This document shows, one piece after another, positions 15,746 to 26,441 of a stretch of DNA of 64,000 bases (its first letter is position 1; every line of letters begins with the position of its first letter). Location of the stretch: positions 32,001 to 96,000 of the IMG/VR virus record IMGVR_UViG_3300050119_000104; one strand, written 5' to 3'. The notes beneath the pieces were generated by a model. That model was not told the origin of the DNA, did no database searches, and saw only the letters and a program-made list of their open reading frames with translations. Source of the DNA: a virus. A program made the position numbers and the translations under genes.

Positions 15746-17338
15746 ATGACCGAATTCGACGAGGGCGCGCATCCACGTGGCAAGGGCGGCAAGTTCGCGC
15801 TCAAAGGTAGCGCGGGTGGTCATGAAGGACAGATCGCGACTGCCATCGCAACAAGTGTGGACGCGGACACCGATCAATATAAACAGCCGAGCGTCGCAGC
15901 AATGGCGGGCGACGGCGCAACCGATCCGAAAGTCATCGCGGCTACTGAGAAAAATTTCGAACATGATATCGGGCTATTCCACGATGCTTCGATCTATCCA
16001 AATTTTCGATCAGATGAATTGAAAGGCACTGTGCGCGAGCAAGCTACCGCCATCGTCAAGAACCTGACGAGCAATCTCGTGTTCCTCTATAATCAGGCGA
16101 GCGACGAAGTAAAGCACGCTGGGAGTATCTGGTACGAGAGCGCGCACAAGGTTGGTGAGAAAGCCACCGCTGATAGCGTAAATGCGGACTTCCCGAAGGG
16201 GCTACCACAGATCGGCGTATTTGGCACAATCGCAATTTTGTCGCCGAACAAAGAATGGGACCAGAACGTCGATATGGCTCGCCGTGTCGTGGACACTTAT
16301 GCGACGAAACAACATTATCAGTTCGACGAGGCTATGCGAGCGCAATTCGCGAAAACTTGGGACGCCAATAAAGCCGGTAGTTCTGGAAAGCCAGACCCGG
16401 ACTCGCAGAAGTACAAAGACAAGGTGAAGCTTTTTGAGTCGTATCGCCGGGACGTGGAGGGTAAAAAGCTTGGTGAGTTATCCAGTCCATTGCTCAAGGC
16501 AGTATGGATCAGAACCTATGATGAGGCGCACAATCCGCAAACATACCACACGTTTTTGCCTAACGGCGATATTGGCCCGCTCGCGCGCAATCTTCCAAAT
16601 AGGAAATTCCCGGAGGGTGCACCCACGACGATGGTGTGGCAATCGACCAAGTTCGTTGCTAATGCTGTTCGTTGTTTAGAGTCCAATGGCGACCGACAAA
16701 TCATCTCAGATAATATGGGCGGCAACCATAAAGTGCGATCATTTTTCAACAACATCCTAGACCCCCATTCACCAAACCAAGACACAACCATTGACACGCA
16801 CCAAGTCGGTGCGGCATTGTTACGGGGACTCGGTGCAAAGTCGGCTCCAGTGACCCAAAACTTTGGGTTGGCACCGCCGAAAGGCGTCGAAGCTGCGAGC
16901 GGATCGGAGGTCACTGGCCTATCCGGTACCTACGGCGTTTACGCCGACGCCACACGCGCCGCCGCGAAAGAAACGGGCGTGCCCTACGCTCAGGTGATGC
17001 AAGCGATCACTTGGGTCACGAAACGAAACGTACTCGGGGAGACTTCTGACGCAGCCAACGCGCTGATAGAAAAAGCCTGGGGCCGCTATCACGACGGCCG
17101 ACTGACGCAACCGCAGACGCAAAAGTTGGTTTGGAATATCGCTATGCAAGATGTGGCGCGCCAAGCCGTGGCGCGTAAAACGAAACTCGATTGGGATTTA
17201 GCAGCGCCTGCTCGGGTTGCGGCACGAGCGGTCGCAAGAGCGCAAACGGACTCGGACAAGGCCGCGCGAGCGACTGCGCGAGCGAAGAAGAAAGTGAAGA
17301 GTGCTACACAAGCAAAGAAAGTGAAGTTGCTATTATGA
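15746..17338 (+). CDS. 530-aa head-region protein; FDExxHPR motif, helical HhH-glycosylase-like (DUF7178-like) domain
   Basis: WYESAH, IAILSP..EW..N, KVRSFFNNI.DP, TIDTH, MQAITW motifs recalled from this family. Confidence 0.5.
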   Translation: MTEFDEGAHPRGKGGKFALKGSAGGHEGQIATAIATSVDADTDQYKQPSVAAMAGDGATDPKVIAATEKNFEHDIGLFHDASIYPNFRSDELKGTVREQATAIVKNLTSNLVFLYNQASDEVKHAGSIWYESAHKVGEKATADSVNADFPKGLPQIGVFGTIAILSPNKEWDQNVDMARRVVDTYATKQHYQFDEAMRAQFAKTWDANKAGSSGKPDPDSQKYKDKVKLFESYRRDVEGKKLGELSSPLLKAVWIRTYDEAHNPQTYHTFLPNGDIGPLARNLPNRKFPEGAPTTMVWQSTKFVANAVRCLESNGDRQIISDNMGGNHKVRSFFNNILDPHSPNQDTTIDTHQVGAALLRGLGAKSAPVTQNFGLAPPKGVEAASGSEVTGLSGTYGVYADATRAAAKETGVPYAQVMQAITWVTKRNVLGETSDAANALIEKAWGRYHDGRLTQPQTQKLVWNIAMQDVARQAVARKTKLDWDLAAPARVAARAVARAQTDSDKAARATARAKKKVKSATQAKKVKLLL

Positions 17339-17751
17339 CCACCACCTACGTTGATCCTATAGTTGAGTATTGCCGGGAGAGAGGGCTCAATCTCACTCGC
17401 GATTTATACATCGATAGCTGTTATCCGACCGGAGTGCCGGACCCCTGGACCCCTGAAATGGAGGCGGAGCTTCCGCCGCAGCTTCAATGGCGTGACGCTG
17501 ATGAACCGCCACCGAAGGAATTGCGGGGCTACACTTACGCGCAATGGGCTGTCCATTTCATCACGACCGATCTCGCGCGGATCGATAATGCCGTCCGCTC
17601 GGGATTGATTGCTGGTCAGGATAGCGCGGAAATCGGCCGTAGGGTCATCGGCTCCATGAGCAAAAACGGCGTGGATGGAGTTACAGAAATAACGCGGCGG
17701 CAGATCGCGCAACTCGGGCGCTTGGCGCTTAAAGCGGCCAAGGGCAAATAA
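17335..17751 (+). CDS. MuF/gp7-like head morphogenesis fragment
   Basis: W....DLARIDNAVRSGLIAG....IGRRVIG....DGV.EITRR. Confidence 0.55.
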   Translation: MTTTYVDPIVEYCRERGLNLTRDLYIDSCYPTGVPDPWTPEMEAELPPQLQWRDADEPPPKELRGYTYAQWAVHFITTDLARIDNAVRSGLIAGQDSAEIGRRVIGSMSKNGVDGVTEITRRQIAQLGRLALKAAKGK

Positions 17752-17809
17752 CCCCTTGCATCTGCGCCAGATATATGGTTAATGCGACCCTCAATTAGAG
17801 GGTCCCCAA

Positions 17810-18295
17810 ATGTGGAATGTAATTGGTGCGCTAGTCGCCGTGGTCGTGCTCGCCGCGATTTTCTTTTTTGCACCTTCACAAGTCTATTCTGTTGCACCGG
17901 CACAAGTTTCGCGCGTCATTCCCTGCGATCCAAAAGTAGGTGACGAGGAAGGGAACGATTGCCCTTGCGCTTTTTTGGGCAACTGTAAAGGCTACGACAA
18001 GCACAACAAGCCGCTGGCCGCGCGTCCTCATTTCAACTGTGACCCGCAAGAGGGCGAGAGCCTTGGAGGCGACTGCCCCCAGGCACAACCCGCCAAAGAA
18101 GCGGCCAAGCCCGCAGCGCCGCACAAGCCAATCTATCGCCGGGTTTTGAAAAGCGGACATTTAGACGGCGAGATTGATTGCAAATCTATGCCACTGGCTA
18201 TCCGACAACTTTCGCACGAACAGATTTTAGCTGCCGCGCGATCTTATGGTTTGAGCATGGCTCAGATCGAGAAGTTTCGAGTCTGTCTGAATTAA
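17810..18295 (+). CDS. secreted/membrane-anchored Cys-rich protein
   Basis: N-terminal hydrophobic segment; duplicated CDP..G...G.DCP motif. Confidence 0.65.
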   Translation: MWNVIGALVAVVVLAAIFFFAPSQVYSVAPAQVSRVIPCDPKVGDEEGNDCPCAFLGNCKGYDKHNKPLAARPHFNCDPQEGESLGGDCPQAQPAKEAAKPAAPHKPIYRRVLKSGHLDGEIDCKSMPLAIRQLSHEQILAAARSYGLSMAQIEKFRVCLN

Positions 18296-18356
18296 ATAGG
18301 GATCATGGGGTCCGCCTGAACGGATGGCCGGTCAGGAGAAGATAAGGAAACGTGCT

Positions 18357-19220
18357 ATGGCGAAGCTCAAAACGATTTACGAAAAGGTCGAGGAAATCCC
18401 GGAAGGCTATGCGGAATTGTACGTCGAGCGAAATGGAAAGTACGAACTGACCGGCATCGAAGGTGTCAAGACTCAGGCGGACATTGACCGGGTTCAGGGC
18501 GGCCTCGTCAACGAGAAGAAAGAACACAAGGCCACGAAGGAGAAGCTCGCAAAGTTCGGCGATCTCGATCCAGAAGTGGTTCCTGCGCAACTCTCTGAAC
18601 TTGAGGCAACAAAAGCTCAGTTAGCCACCGCGATCACCGACGGCAAGATTGACCCCGAGAAGAATGCAGCGGCCATTGACGCCGCCGTGAAGCGGGCACT
18701 CGGTCCCGTCGAACGCGAAAAGACTCAGCTACAGCGCGATCTCGATGCCGCGCGCAAGGCTGGGGAAATGAAAACTGCGGAAGTTCTCGCGCTGGAAGGC
18801 AGCATCAAGCAGACCAAGATGGAGGGCACACTGCGCGACGCTGCGCTCGACGGTAAAGTCCTTCCAACTGCAATCGACGATGCCGTGATGGTTGGCTCGC
18901 GCATGTTCGAGTTAGCCGAAGATGGTCGCATGCTTACGAAAGACAACGTGGGCGTGACGCCGGGCCTAGACGCAAAAGAGTGGCTCAAAGATATGAAAGA
19001 GAAGCGCCCTCATTGGTGGCCGTTGTCACAAGGCGGCGGAGCGCGCGGTGGGGGAGGCGGACCTACCAGCCGAGCGGACAACCCTTTCACTCAGGAAGGA
19101 TGGAACGTGTCCAGGCAAGGTCAGGCTATCAAGACGCTTGGTTTGGCGAAAGCCGCCGAGATGGCCAAGGCTGCGGGTGTCGAGATTGGTGCTACGAAGC
19201 CTGCGGCAAAAGCAGCCTGA
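18357..19220 (+). CDS. capsid scaffolding protein
   Basis: LKTIYEKVEEIPEGYAELYVERNGKY.L..IEGVKTQADIDRV, coiled coil, C-terminal NPF..EGWN.S.QG. Confidence 0.85.
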   Translation: MAKLKTIYEKVEEIPEGYAELYVERNGKYELTGIEGVKTQADIDRVQGGLVNEKKEHKATKEKLAKFGDLDPEVVPAQLSELEATKAQLATAITDGKIDPEKNAAAIDAAVKRALGPVEREKTQLQRDLDAARKAGEMKTAEVLALEGSIKQTKMEGTLRDAALDGKVLPTAIDDAVMVGSRMFELAEDGRMLTKDNVGVTPGLDAKEWLKDMKEKRPHWWPLSQGGGARGGGGGPTSRADNPFTQEGWNVSRQGQAIKTLGLAKAAEMAKAAGVEIGATKPAAKAA

Positions 19221-19254
19221 CCTTTTTAGCTCACTGAAAAATTAGACAAGAACG

Positions 19255-19276
19255 GCCGCCTCGTGCGGCTGTTTTT
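19255..19276 (+). terminator. intrinsic terminator after the scaffold gene
   Basis: GGCCGC-ctcgt-GCGGCT followed by GTTTTT. Confidence 0.55.
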
Positions 19277-19363
19277 AGCGTCCCATTTTACCGGGTTGCG
19301 TTGAGTTGCCACACCCGCTACCGTTAACCCATAAATCCACAGATTAGAAATAGGGCATTTCCG

Positions 19364-19744
19364 ATGGCTGGGCGCACTGTATCGCAGGTCAACATCTCCA
19401 TACCGAATAATGTTTGGTGGATGGATGCCTTCCAATTCGGAGTCGTGGGCGATACCTCATGGTCATTCGCGCACAAACATTTTCTATGTGACTTGAAGGC
19501 GGACCCTACGCAGACGGCGGCCGACATGGCGCTTTCCTCGATTGCGAGTCCGCAGACGATTATTGTTGTCGATGAAATAGCTCGCATCTTGCAATTCGAA
19601 GTGACCGATATGGCACTTCGCGCGGCACTGGTCGTGCAGCCGTACTCATATGATCTCGTGATGGTCGATGATACCACGGACGAGCGTGACTTGTTGATGA
19701 TCGGGACGATTACTGTCACTCAAGGAATTACAATCGAGGATTAA
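19364..19744 (+). CDS. structural protein (BppU-like fibre adaptor fold)
   Basis: Beta-rich, YSYDLVM..GTITV.QGIT pattern; precedes the fibre gene. Confidence 0.5.
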   Translation: MAGRTVSQVNISIPNNVWWMDAFQFGVVGDTSWSFAHKHFLCDLKADPTQTAADMALSSIASPQTIIVVDEIARILQFEVTDMALRAALVVQPYSYDLVMVDDTTDERDLLMIGTITVTQGITIED

Positions 19745-19757
19745 AACGGAGGGTATC

Positions 19758-20099
19758 ATGGCTGTTCTCACCATAAAACGCACATTCGGTCCGGTCGCAT
19801 TCGCAGCCTCGGCAGCGAACATCTACAACAACGCATCAGCGTTGATCTACGATATCATCAAACAAATCCACGTGGTCAATACGACCAGTGGTGCGCTTTG
19901 GTTCAGTCTGTTCGTGTCGGCAACTACTGGCACAGAAACGGCGGGCTTGGAGTTTTTCGTCGAGCAGAACGTTGGTGCCTACTCGGCATTCGATTGGTAC
20001 GGCTCGTTGAAATTGCTCTCGACTGATTTTTTGGTTGGGCATGACTCGACTGGAACAGGGCTCACGATCACAGGCATGGGCGAAAAGTACGTCGTTTAA
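19758..20099 (+). CDS. virion structural protein
   Basis: RBS GGAGG; beta-rich. Confidence 0.55.
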   Translation: MAVLTIKRTFGPVAFAASAANIYNNASALIYDIIKQIHVVNTTSGALWFSLFVSATTGTETAGLEFFVEQNVGAYSAFDWYGSLKLLSTDFLVGHDSTGTGLTITGMGEKYVV

Positions 20100-20113
20100 A
20101 TTTTAGGTGAGCT

Positions 20114-23100
20114 ATGGCCGACGATGGTTCGACGCCGACTCAAGTTCCTGTCGGGCCGGGCACGCCGACTGTCGTTGAAGGTACTACGATCACAGTCGGT
20201 ATTCCCGCGCCTGCAATAACTCCGGTCGTTTCCTCAATCCCCATCGTGACACAAGTCCCTGTGTCCGCGCGTGAACCTATCGCAATTCCCACCACACCAA
20301 TTGTTGTTCAGGTTGAAGCAACAGCCGTTATCACGCCCGTTCCAGTTATTCAGCGCGGACCCGTCGGTGCATCCGGCGCAAGCGGCGGGACTGGGGCGTC
20401 AGGCGGTACCGGGCCTATCGGCCCTGGTGGCGGGGCATCTGGCAGCACGGGCGCGTCAGGCGCATCGGGCGCGACGGGTGCGACAGGAGTCGGCACGACG
20501 GGTGCAACAGGAGTCGGCACAACCGGAGCAACAGGTCCAATCGGTGCATCAGGTGCCTCGGGCGCGAGCGGCGCATCGGGCGGTATGGGCGCAAGCGGTG
20601 CGACGGGTGTGAGCGGATCGCCGGGAGAAGCAGGCGAAGATGGCGCTGACGGATCAGTCGGTGCAAGCGGCGGTTCAGGAGCAACAGGCACATCGGGCGC
20701 ATCAGGAATTCCAGGATCAGTCGGTGGCACAGGCGGCACAGGTAGCGTCGGCGCAAGCGGGGCAGATGGCGCGAGCGGCGCGACGGGTGCATCAGGTGCC
20801 TCGGGCGCGACGGGTGCGACAGGAGTCGGCACGACGGGTGCGACAGGAGTCGGCACAACCGGAGCAACAGGTCCAATCGGTGCATCAGGTGCCTCGGGCG
20901 CGACGGGTGCGACAGGAGTCGGCACGACGGGTGCAACAGGAGTCGGCACAACCGGAGCAACAGGTCCAATCGGTGCATCAGGTGCCTCGGGCGCGAGCGG
21001 CGCATCGGGCGGTATGGGCGCAAGCGGTGCGACAGGTGTTCGTGGCGAACCGGGTGACGCGGGCGATGATGGTACTGACGGCACGCCGGGAGCTTCGGGC
21101 GCAAGCGGCGGTTCAGGAGCAACAGGCACATCGGGCGCATCAGGAATTCCAGGATCAGTCGGTGGCACAGGCGGCACAGGTAGCGTCGGCACAACTGGAG
21201 CAACAGGTCCAATCGGTGCATCAGGTGCCTCGGGCGCGACGGGTGCGACAGGAGTCGGCACGACGGGTGCAACAGGAGTCGGCACAACCGGAGCAACAGG
21301 TCCAATCGGTGCATCAGGTGCCTCGGGCGCGACGGGTGCGACAGGAGTCGGCACGACAGGTGCAACAGGAGTCGGCACAACCGGAGCAACAGGTCCAATC
21401 GGTGCATCAGGTGCCTCGGGCGCGACGGGTGCGACAGGAGTCGGCACGACGGGTGCAACAGGAGTCGGCACAACCGGACCTACAGGGCCGACTGGCGCAA
21501 CAGGCGCAACAGGCGTCGGCGCGACAGGAGCAACTGGAGTCATCGGCTCAGTCTCATCGACACCTTACGGCATGGTGATGTCGAATAATCTTTCGCCAGC
21601 CGTCCTGAATGTCGCAGCGGGAGTCCGCATTGATAGTACGTTCACGACCTATATCACGCTCGCCGCTTTCACCAAATCAGTTGCGGGATCATGGGCAGCT
21701 GGGTCCGGCGGTAATGGCATGGGCACCGGACTCACTGCAACAAACGCCACATGGTACCACGTCTTTGCGATCATCAATGGCGGTGTCGCTGACGTTTACT
21801 TCGATACATCAATCACCGCAGCAAACAAGCCCGCTGGCACCACTGCGTTTTGCCGTATCGGTTCGATCTACTATCTGACGGGCCAGATAAGACCGTTCAC
21901 GCAAGTCGGAGATCGATTTGAACTTGTGACACCTGTCACCTTTATCAGTGGCGCGGCCACGACCGCAACCCCCCAACTTCCTGTTTGTGGCGCACCAATC
22001 GGCTTGTCAGTTATAGCGACATTTGATGCATATTTGAACTACTCGTCGGCGGCATCTTACATGACTTTCTATTCCCCTCTTCAAACAGGTCAGGGAGCAG
22101 AAGGGACCCCGCTGGGGACGTATAGTCTAATAGCGTTTTCGGCGGCGGCTGCCGGAGCGATGGGACAATTTTCAGTCCTTACAAATACGTCAGGACAAAT
22201 TGAATGGGTCGCAAATGGCGTAGGAGGATTGTTATACGCAGCACTTACTGGGTGGACTGAGCCGACTATGAGCATCGCTGGCCCGACCGGCGCCACGGGG
22301 GCCACGGGTGCCATAGGCGCCACAGGCGGCACGGGTGGCACTGGCGGTACCGGAGCGACAGGAGTCGGCACGGCAGGCGCCACAGGCGTCATCGGCTCAG
22401 TCTCATCGACGCCTTACGGCATGGTGATGTCGAATGGTGCAACAGGCACAGCCCTCAACGTCGCTGCCGGTGTTCGCATCGATAGCACTTTCACGACGTA
22501 CATCACGCTCGCCGCTTTCACCAAATCAGTTGCGGGATCATGGGCAGCTGGGTCCGGCGGTAATGGCATGGGCACCGGACTCACTGCAACAAACGCCACA
22601 TGGTACCACGTCTTTGCGATCATCAATGGCGGTGTCGCTGACGTTTACTTCGATACATCAATCACCGCAGCAAACAAGCCCGCTGGCACCACTGCGTTTT
22701 GCCGTATCGGTTCGATCTACTATCTGACGGGCCAGATAAGACCGTTCACGCAAGTCGGAGATCGATTTGAACTTGTGACACCTGTCACCTTTATCAGTGG
22801 CGCGGCCACGACCGCAACCCCCCAACTTCCTGTTTGTGGCGCACCAATCGGCTTGTCAGTTATAGCGACATTTGATGCATATTTGAACTACTCGTCGGCG
22901 GCATCTTACATGACTTTCTATTCCCCTCTTCAAACAGGTCAGGGAGCAGAAGGGACCCCGCTGGGGACGTATAGTCTAATAGCGTTTTCGGCGGCGGCTG
23001 CCGGAGCGATGGGACAATTTTCAGTCCTTACAAATACGTCAGGACAAATTGAATGGGTCGCAAATGGCGTAGGAGGATTGTTATACGCAGCACTTACTGG

Positions 23101-23572
23101 GTGGACTGAGCCGACTATGAGCATCGCTGGCCCGACCGGCGCCACGGGGGCCACGGGTGCCATAGGCGCCACAGGCGGCACGGGTGGCACTGGCGGTACC
23201 GGAGCGACCGGTTCGACTGGTACTGTAGGCGCGACTGGACCATCAACAGTGATCCCGCAAAATATCCAGAGCGGGGCATACGGGCTATTGATTGGCGATG
23301 CGGGCTACGAAATTTTCCATCCGACCGCTGACGCGACCGCGCGCATCTGGACTATTCCGGCTAACGGGTCCATAGCGTTTCCGATTGGGACCGTGATCAC
23401 CTTCACTAACCAACACGGTGCGGGTGTCATCACAATCGCGATCACGACAGATACGATGTACATGGCTGGGACGGGCTCGACTGGTAGTCGCACATTAGCG
23501 GCAAATGGCATTGCAACGGCGAAGAAAGTCACGGCGACAGAGTGGCTCATCTCCGGCGTAGGACTGACTTAA
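20114..23572 (+). CDS. collagen-like fibre protein with a duplicated head domain
   Basis: Long G-X-Y tracts (GAT/GAS/GVG/TTG); duplicated ~283-aa unit; fibre-tip-like C-terminus. Confidence 0.85.
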   Translation: MADDGSTPTQVPVGPGTPTVVEGTTITVGIPAPAITPVVSSIPIVTQVPVSAREPIAIPTTPIVVQVEATAVITPVPVIQRGPVGASGASGGTGASGGTGPIGPGGGASGSTGASGASGATGATGVGTTGATGVGTTGATGPIGASGASGASGASGGMGASGATGVSGSPGEAGEDGADGSVGASGGSGATGTSGASGIPGSVGGTGGTGSVGASGADGASGATGASGASGATGATGVGTTGATGVGTTGATGPIGASGASGATGATGVGTTGATGVGTTGATGPIGASGASGASGASGGMGASGATGVRGEPGDAGDDGTDGTPGASGASGGSGATGTSGASGIPGSVGGTGGTGSVGTTGATGPIGASGASGATGATGVGTTGATGVGTTGATGPIGASGASGATGATGVGTTGATGVGTTGATGPIGASGASGATGATGVGTTGATGVGTTGPTGPTGATGATGVGATGATGVIGSVSSTPYGMVMSNNLSPAVLNVAAGVRIDSTFTTYITLAAFTKSVAGSWAAGSGGNGMGTGLTATNATWYHVFAIINGGVADVYFDTSITAANKPAGTTAFCRIGSIYYLTGQIRPFTQVGDRFELVTPVTFISGAATTATPQLPVCGAPIGLSVIATFDAYLNYSSAASYMTFYSPLQTGQGAEGTPLGTYSLIAFSAAAAGAMGQFSVLTNTSGQIEWVANGVGGLLYAALTGWTEPTMSIAGPTGATGATGAIGATGGTGGTGGTGATGVGTAGATGVIGSVSSTPYGMVMSNGATGTALNVAAGVRIDSTFTTYITLAAFTKSVAGSWAAGSGGNGMGTGLTATNATWYHVFAIINGGVADVYFDTSITAANKPAGTTAFCRIGSIYYLTGQIRPFTQVGDRFELVTPVTFISGAATTATPQLPVCGAPIGLSVIATFDAYLNYSSAASYMTFYSPLQTGQGAEGTPLGTYSLIAFSAAAAGAMGQFSVLTNTSGQIEWVANGVGGLLYAALTGWTEPTMSIAGPTGATGATGAIGATGGTGGTGGTGATGSTGTVGATGPSTVIPQNIQSGAYGLLIGDAGYEIFHPTADATARIWTIPANGSIAFPIGTVITFTNQHGAGVITIAITTDTMYMAGTGSTGSRTLAANGIATAKKVTATEWLISGVGLT
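21539..23208 (+). repeat. 849-bp tandem duplication within the fibre gene
   Basis: 21539-22359 vs 22388-23208; apparently identical over ~700 bp, differences only near the start. Confidence 0.95.
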
Positions 23573-23573
23573 A

Positions 23574-24791
23574 ATGGTCGCGACTCTGCAACAGATATTT
23601 CTTGGAGAACAGCAAACTCCAACGGTGACCGGTATCAGTCCGGCCAGCGGCAGCGTGCTCGGCGGCACGGCCGTGACCATCACTGGGACCGGCTTCATGC
23701 AGGGCGTGACATCGGTCCTCATCGGCGGCACCGCCGCAACGAGCATCGTCGTTGTCAGCGACACCTCGATCACGTGCGTCACAGGGACTGGCGCTGCTGG
23801 CGCTGTTGATGTGCAAGTGACAACTGAGATCGGGAACACGACGAACACCCTTTACACCTATTTCAACGTTGTTCCGACCGTCTCTGCGATCACCGCCAAT
23901 AATGGCACGACCAACGGCGGCACCGGGGTCACGATCACAGGCACCAATTTCGTCATAGGCGGCACAACGGTTACAATTCGCGGCGTCGCATGTACCTCCG
24001 TTTCTGTTTCAAATTCTACCACGCTCACATGCACGACCCCCGCAGCAACGACTGGTGGTACGGCGAGCGTCCTCGTGACGACCGCAGGCGGCACCAACGG
24101 GGCAAACATGCTGTGGACTTACAACATTGCGTCGCCGGGGACTTACTCGTACACGATAGGTAGTGGCAATTTCACTGTCCCGGCCTACAACACCCTCACG
24201 ATCCAATTGTGGGGGGCGGGTGGTGCTGGTGGTTCAACAACAACATCGGGGGCGGCGATAAACGGAAATGCTGGTGGATATAGCGAAGTCGCAGCTTTGG
24301 GTCTGGTCGCGTATGGCGGCGGCGGCGGCGGAGGAACAAACTCCACTACCTCTGGCACGGGCGGCGCGGGCGGCGCGCCATCAGGGGGCAATACCGCAAA
24401 CGCCGCTGGAACTACCGGCGGTGCAGGCAGCTATAATGCGACCGGTGCAACACTCACGACGGGCGCGGGTGGCGCGGCGGCAGGAGGCGGCGGTGGGGCA
24501 GCGGCCGGAGTCTCAGTTACCACGACCTCTACGACGCAACAATTTACCGGTAACGGGGGCAACGCTCCGGGTGGTGGCGCTTCCGCAGGTGGCTACTCAA
24601 CCGAGGTTATATCCTCCCACTTTGAATATGCAGGAGCAGGTGGCGGTGGTGGCGCATTCGTCAAGAGCGTTTACACGGGCGGTACTTATGCGGGCGTTAG
24701 TTTAGCTTGGATAGTCGGTGCAGGCGGCACCAGCGGGGGCGCGGGCAGTCCCGCAGGCGCGGCCGGAGAAATTCAATTCATCATTGCCTAA
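23574..24791 (+). CDS. IPT/TIG-domain, Gly-rich adhesin-like virion protein
   Basis: Two PTV..I.P..G...GGT.VTITGT.F repeats followed by a GGAGG-rich domain. Confidence 0.85.
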   Translation: MVATLQQIFLGEQQTPTVTGISPASGSVLGGTAVTITGTGFMQGVTSVLIGGTAATSIVVVSDTSITCVTGTGAAGAVDVQVTTEIGNTTNTLYTYFNVVPTVSAITANNGTTNGGTGVTITGTNFVIGGTTVTIRGVACTSVSVSNSTTLTCTTPAATTGGTASVLVTTAGGTNGANMLWTYNIASPGTYSYTIGSGNFTVPAYNTLTIQLWGAGGAGGSTTTSGAAINGNAGGYSEVAALGLVAYGGGGGGGTNSTTSGTGGAGGAPSGGNTANAAGTTGGAGSYNATGATLTTGAGGAAAGGGGGAAAGVSVTTTSTTQQFTGNGGNAPGGGASAGGYSTEVISSHFEYAGAGGGGGAFVKSVYTGGTYAGVSLAWIVGAGGTSGGAGSPAGAAGEIQFIIA

Positions 24792-24838
24792 GCTCGCGTG
24801 ATGTGCCACAAAGCAAAAGAAAAAAAAAAGAAATCCCC

Positions 24839-25960
24839 ATGCCTTTCCGCTTCCATGTTTTAGGGCTCGCACACACGATCTCGACGCCGGAGTATTCGAC
24901 CTGCGCGTTCACGCAGAAAGTCGTGAAGCTGTGCAAGCTGCTCAAGGCGCAGGGTCACTACGTCATCCACTACGGCCACGAGGATTCGAAGGTCGAATGC
25001 GATGAGCACGTGACCGTTGTCAAGCGCTACGACTACAACAAAGCCTACGGCACCCATGATTGGCGAAAGCACGGATGGGTAGGCTATGATATTAACAAGG
25101 ATTGGACCTACAAAGTTTTCAATACGCGAACGCCGCTTGAAGTCGAGACACGGAGACAGCCGAGTGATTTCCTGCTTTGCTCATTCGGCTTCGGTCATAA
25201 GCCGGTTGCCGATGCCTGTCCTGAGTTGATCGTTGTCGAGCCTGGCATCGGCTACTCGACCGGTGGCTTCGCCAAATACCGCGTGTTTGAGAGCTACGCA
25301 ATTATGCACGCATATCAGGGTCAGAAAGCAATCGAATTTTCGAGCAACGACTTCTGGTACGATGCAGTGATCCCCAACTATTTTGACATAGCCGACTTCA
25401 CATATTCATCCTCCAAGGATGACTATTTTCTGTTCCTTGGTCGCGTCAACGACGGCAAGGGCGTTCACATCGCCGAACAGATCGCGAAGATAACCGGCAC
25501 TAAACTCATCGTCGCCGGGCCTGGTCAGCGTGAACACGCAGAGGGTGTCTCATACGTCGGCGTCGTGAACCCGCAAATTCGGGCGGAGTTACTCTCACGA
25601 GCAACAGCGATCCTCTGCCCCTCGACGTTCATCGAGCCGTTCTGCGGTGTTCAAATCGAAGCGATGCTCTCCGGCACGCCGGTCATTTCATCCGACCGTG
25701 GTGCTTTTTCGGAATACAACAAGCACGGCGAGACTGGCTTCCGATGCAAAACGTTCGAGCAGTTTACATGGGCCGCGCGCAACATCAATCGCATCGATCC
25801 GCTGGCATGCCGTGCATGGGGCGAGCGTTTCACTCTCGGGCGCATCGGTCTGATGTTCGATGAATATTTCCAATCGGTGTTGGACATCTCGCAAGGGAAG
25901 GGCTGGTACCAGGAAAAGCCTGATCGGGACAATCTTGACATGACGACGTGGAGAGCGTAA
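24839..25960 (+). CDS. GT-B glycosyltransferase (GT4/group 1)
   Basis: YFLFLGRV...KG, ILCPSTFIEPFCGVQIEAMLSGTPVISSDRGAFSE. Confidence 0.9.
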   Translation: MPFRFHVLGLAHTISTPEYSTCAFTQKVVKLCKLLKAQGHYVIHYGHEDSKVECDEHVTVVKRYDYNKAYGTHDWRKHGWVGYDINKDWTYKVFNTRTPLEVETRRQPSDFLLCSFGFGHKPVADACPELIVVEPGIGYSTGGFAKYRVFESYAIMHAYQGQKAIEFSSNDFWYDAVIPNYFDIADFTYSSSKDDYFLFLGRVNDGKGVHIAEQIAKITGTKLIVAGPGQREHAEGVSYVGVVNPQIRAELLSRATAILCPSTFIEPFCGVQIEAMLSGTPVISSDRGAFSEYNKHGETGFRCKTFEQFTWAARNINRIDPLACRAWGERFTLGRIGLMFDEYFQSVLDISQGKGWYQEKPDRDNLDMTTWRA

Positions 25961-25991
25961 CCCAGCCCCCGAAATTCAAAAGGAGAACACC

Positions 25992-26261
25992 ATGTGGAAG
26001 ATCGTCTTGATAATGGTGGCTATCGTCAGCCCGAATGGCCCTCCGAAGCACCTCGCAGACGGGGTTGTCAGAAATGGTTTCGCTACTGAGGCCGTGTGCG
26101 AGAAAAATTTAGCAAAGAAAAGTTTCGCAAAAATGACACAAGATATGGTCGAGGGCATCTCTAAGAAACTCAACGGTACCAAGGTTATAATCACCGCTCG
26201 ATGCGTTGATACGTCAAAGAAAGTCGAACCAAAAATTGAGCCGCAGGGCGAGTCCATTTAG
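25992..26261 (+). CDS. small secreted protein
   Basis: RBS AGGAG; signal-like N-terminus; two Cys. Confidence 0.6.
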   Translation: MWKIVLIMVAIVSPNGPPKHLADGVVRNGFATEAVCEKNLAKKSFAKMTQDMVEGISKKLNGTKVIITARCVDTSKKVEPKIEPQGESI

Positions 26262-26441
26262 TTCTTTTTTACCCGGTTGCTGACACGTACTTCTCGTGGT
26301 AAATATCTCCATCATCACGTGATCCTCTGCCTCGACGTGGCTCCATGGTGAGTGACTCGGCAGGGCTTTCACATTCTACCCGCGAACCTCCATGGGGAGG
26401 CGACGGTTTTTGTCGTCAACCCCTTTTGTGAGGTTATCCCA

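Noticed and set aside
14313-15749. 478-aa + strand ORF across the IS605 element
   Set aside because: Antisense shadow of tnpB with no recognisable domain.
20440-21480. Repeat array as CRISPR or a DGR template
   Set aside because: The repeats are in-frame coding with no unique spacers; no cas or reverse transcriptase genes; the 849-bp duplicate shows no adenine-biased differences.
20350-21578. Long ORFs in other frames and strands over the collagen region
   Set aside because: Shadows of the periodic G-X-Y repeats.
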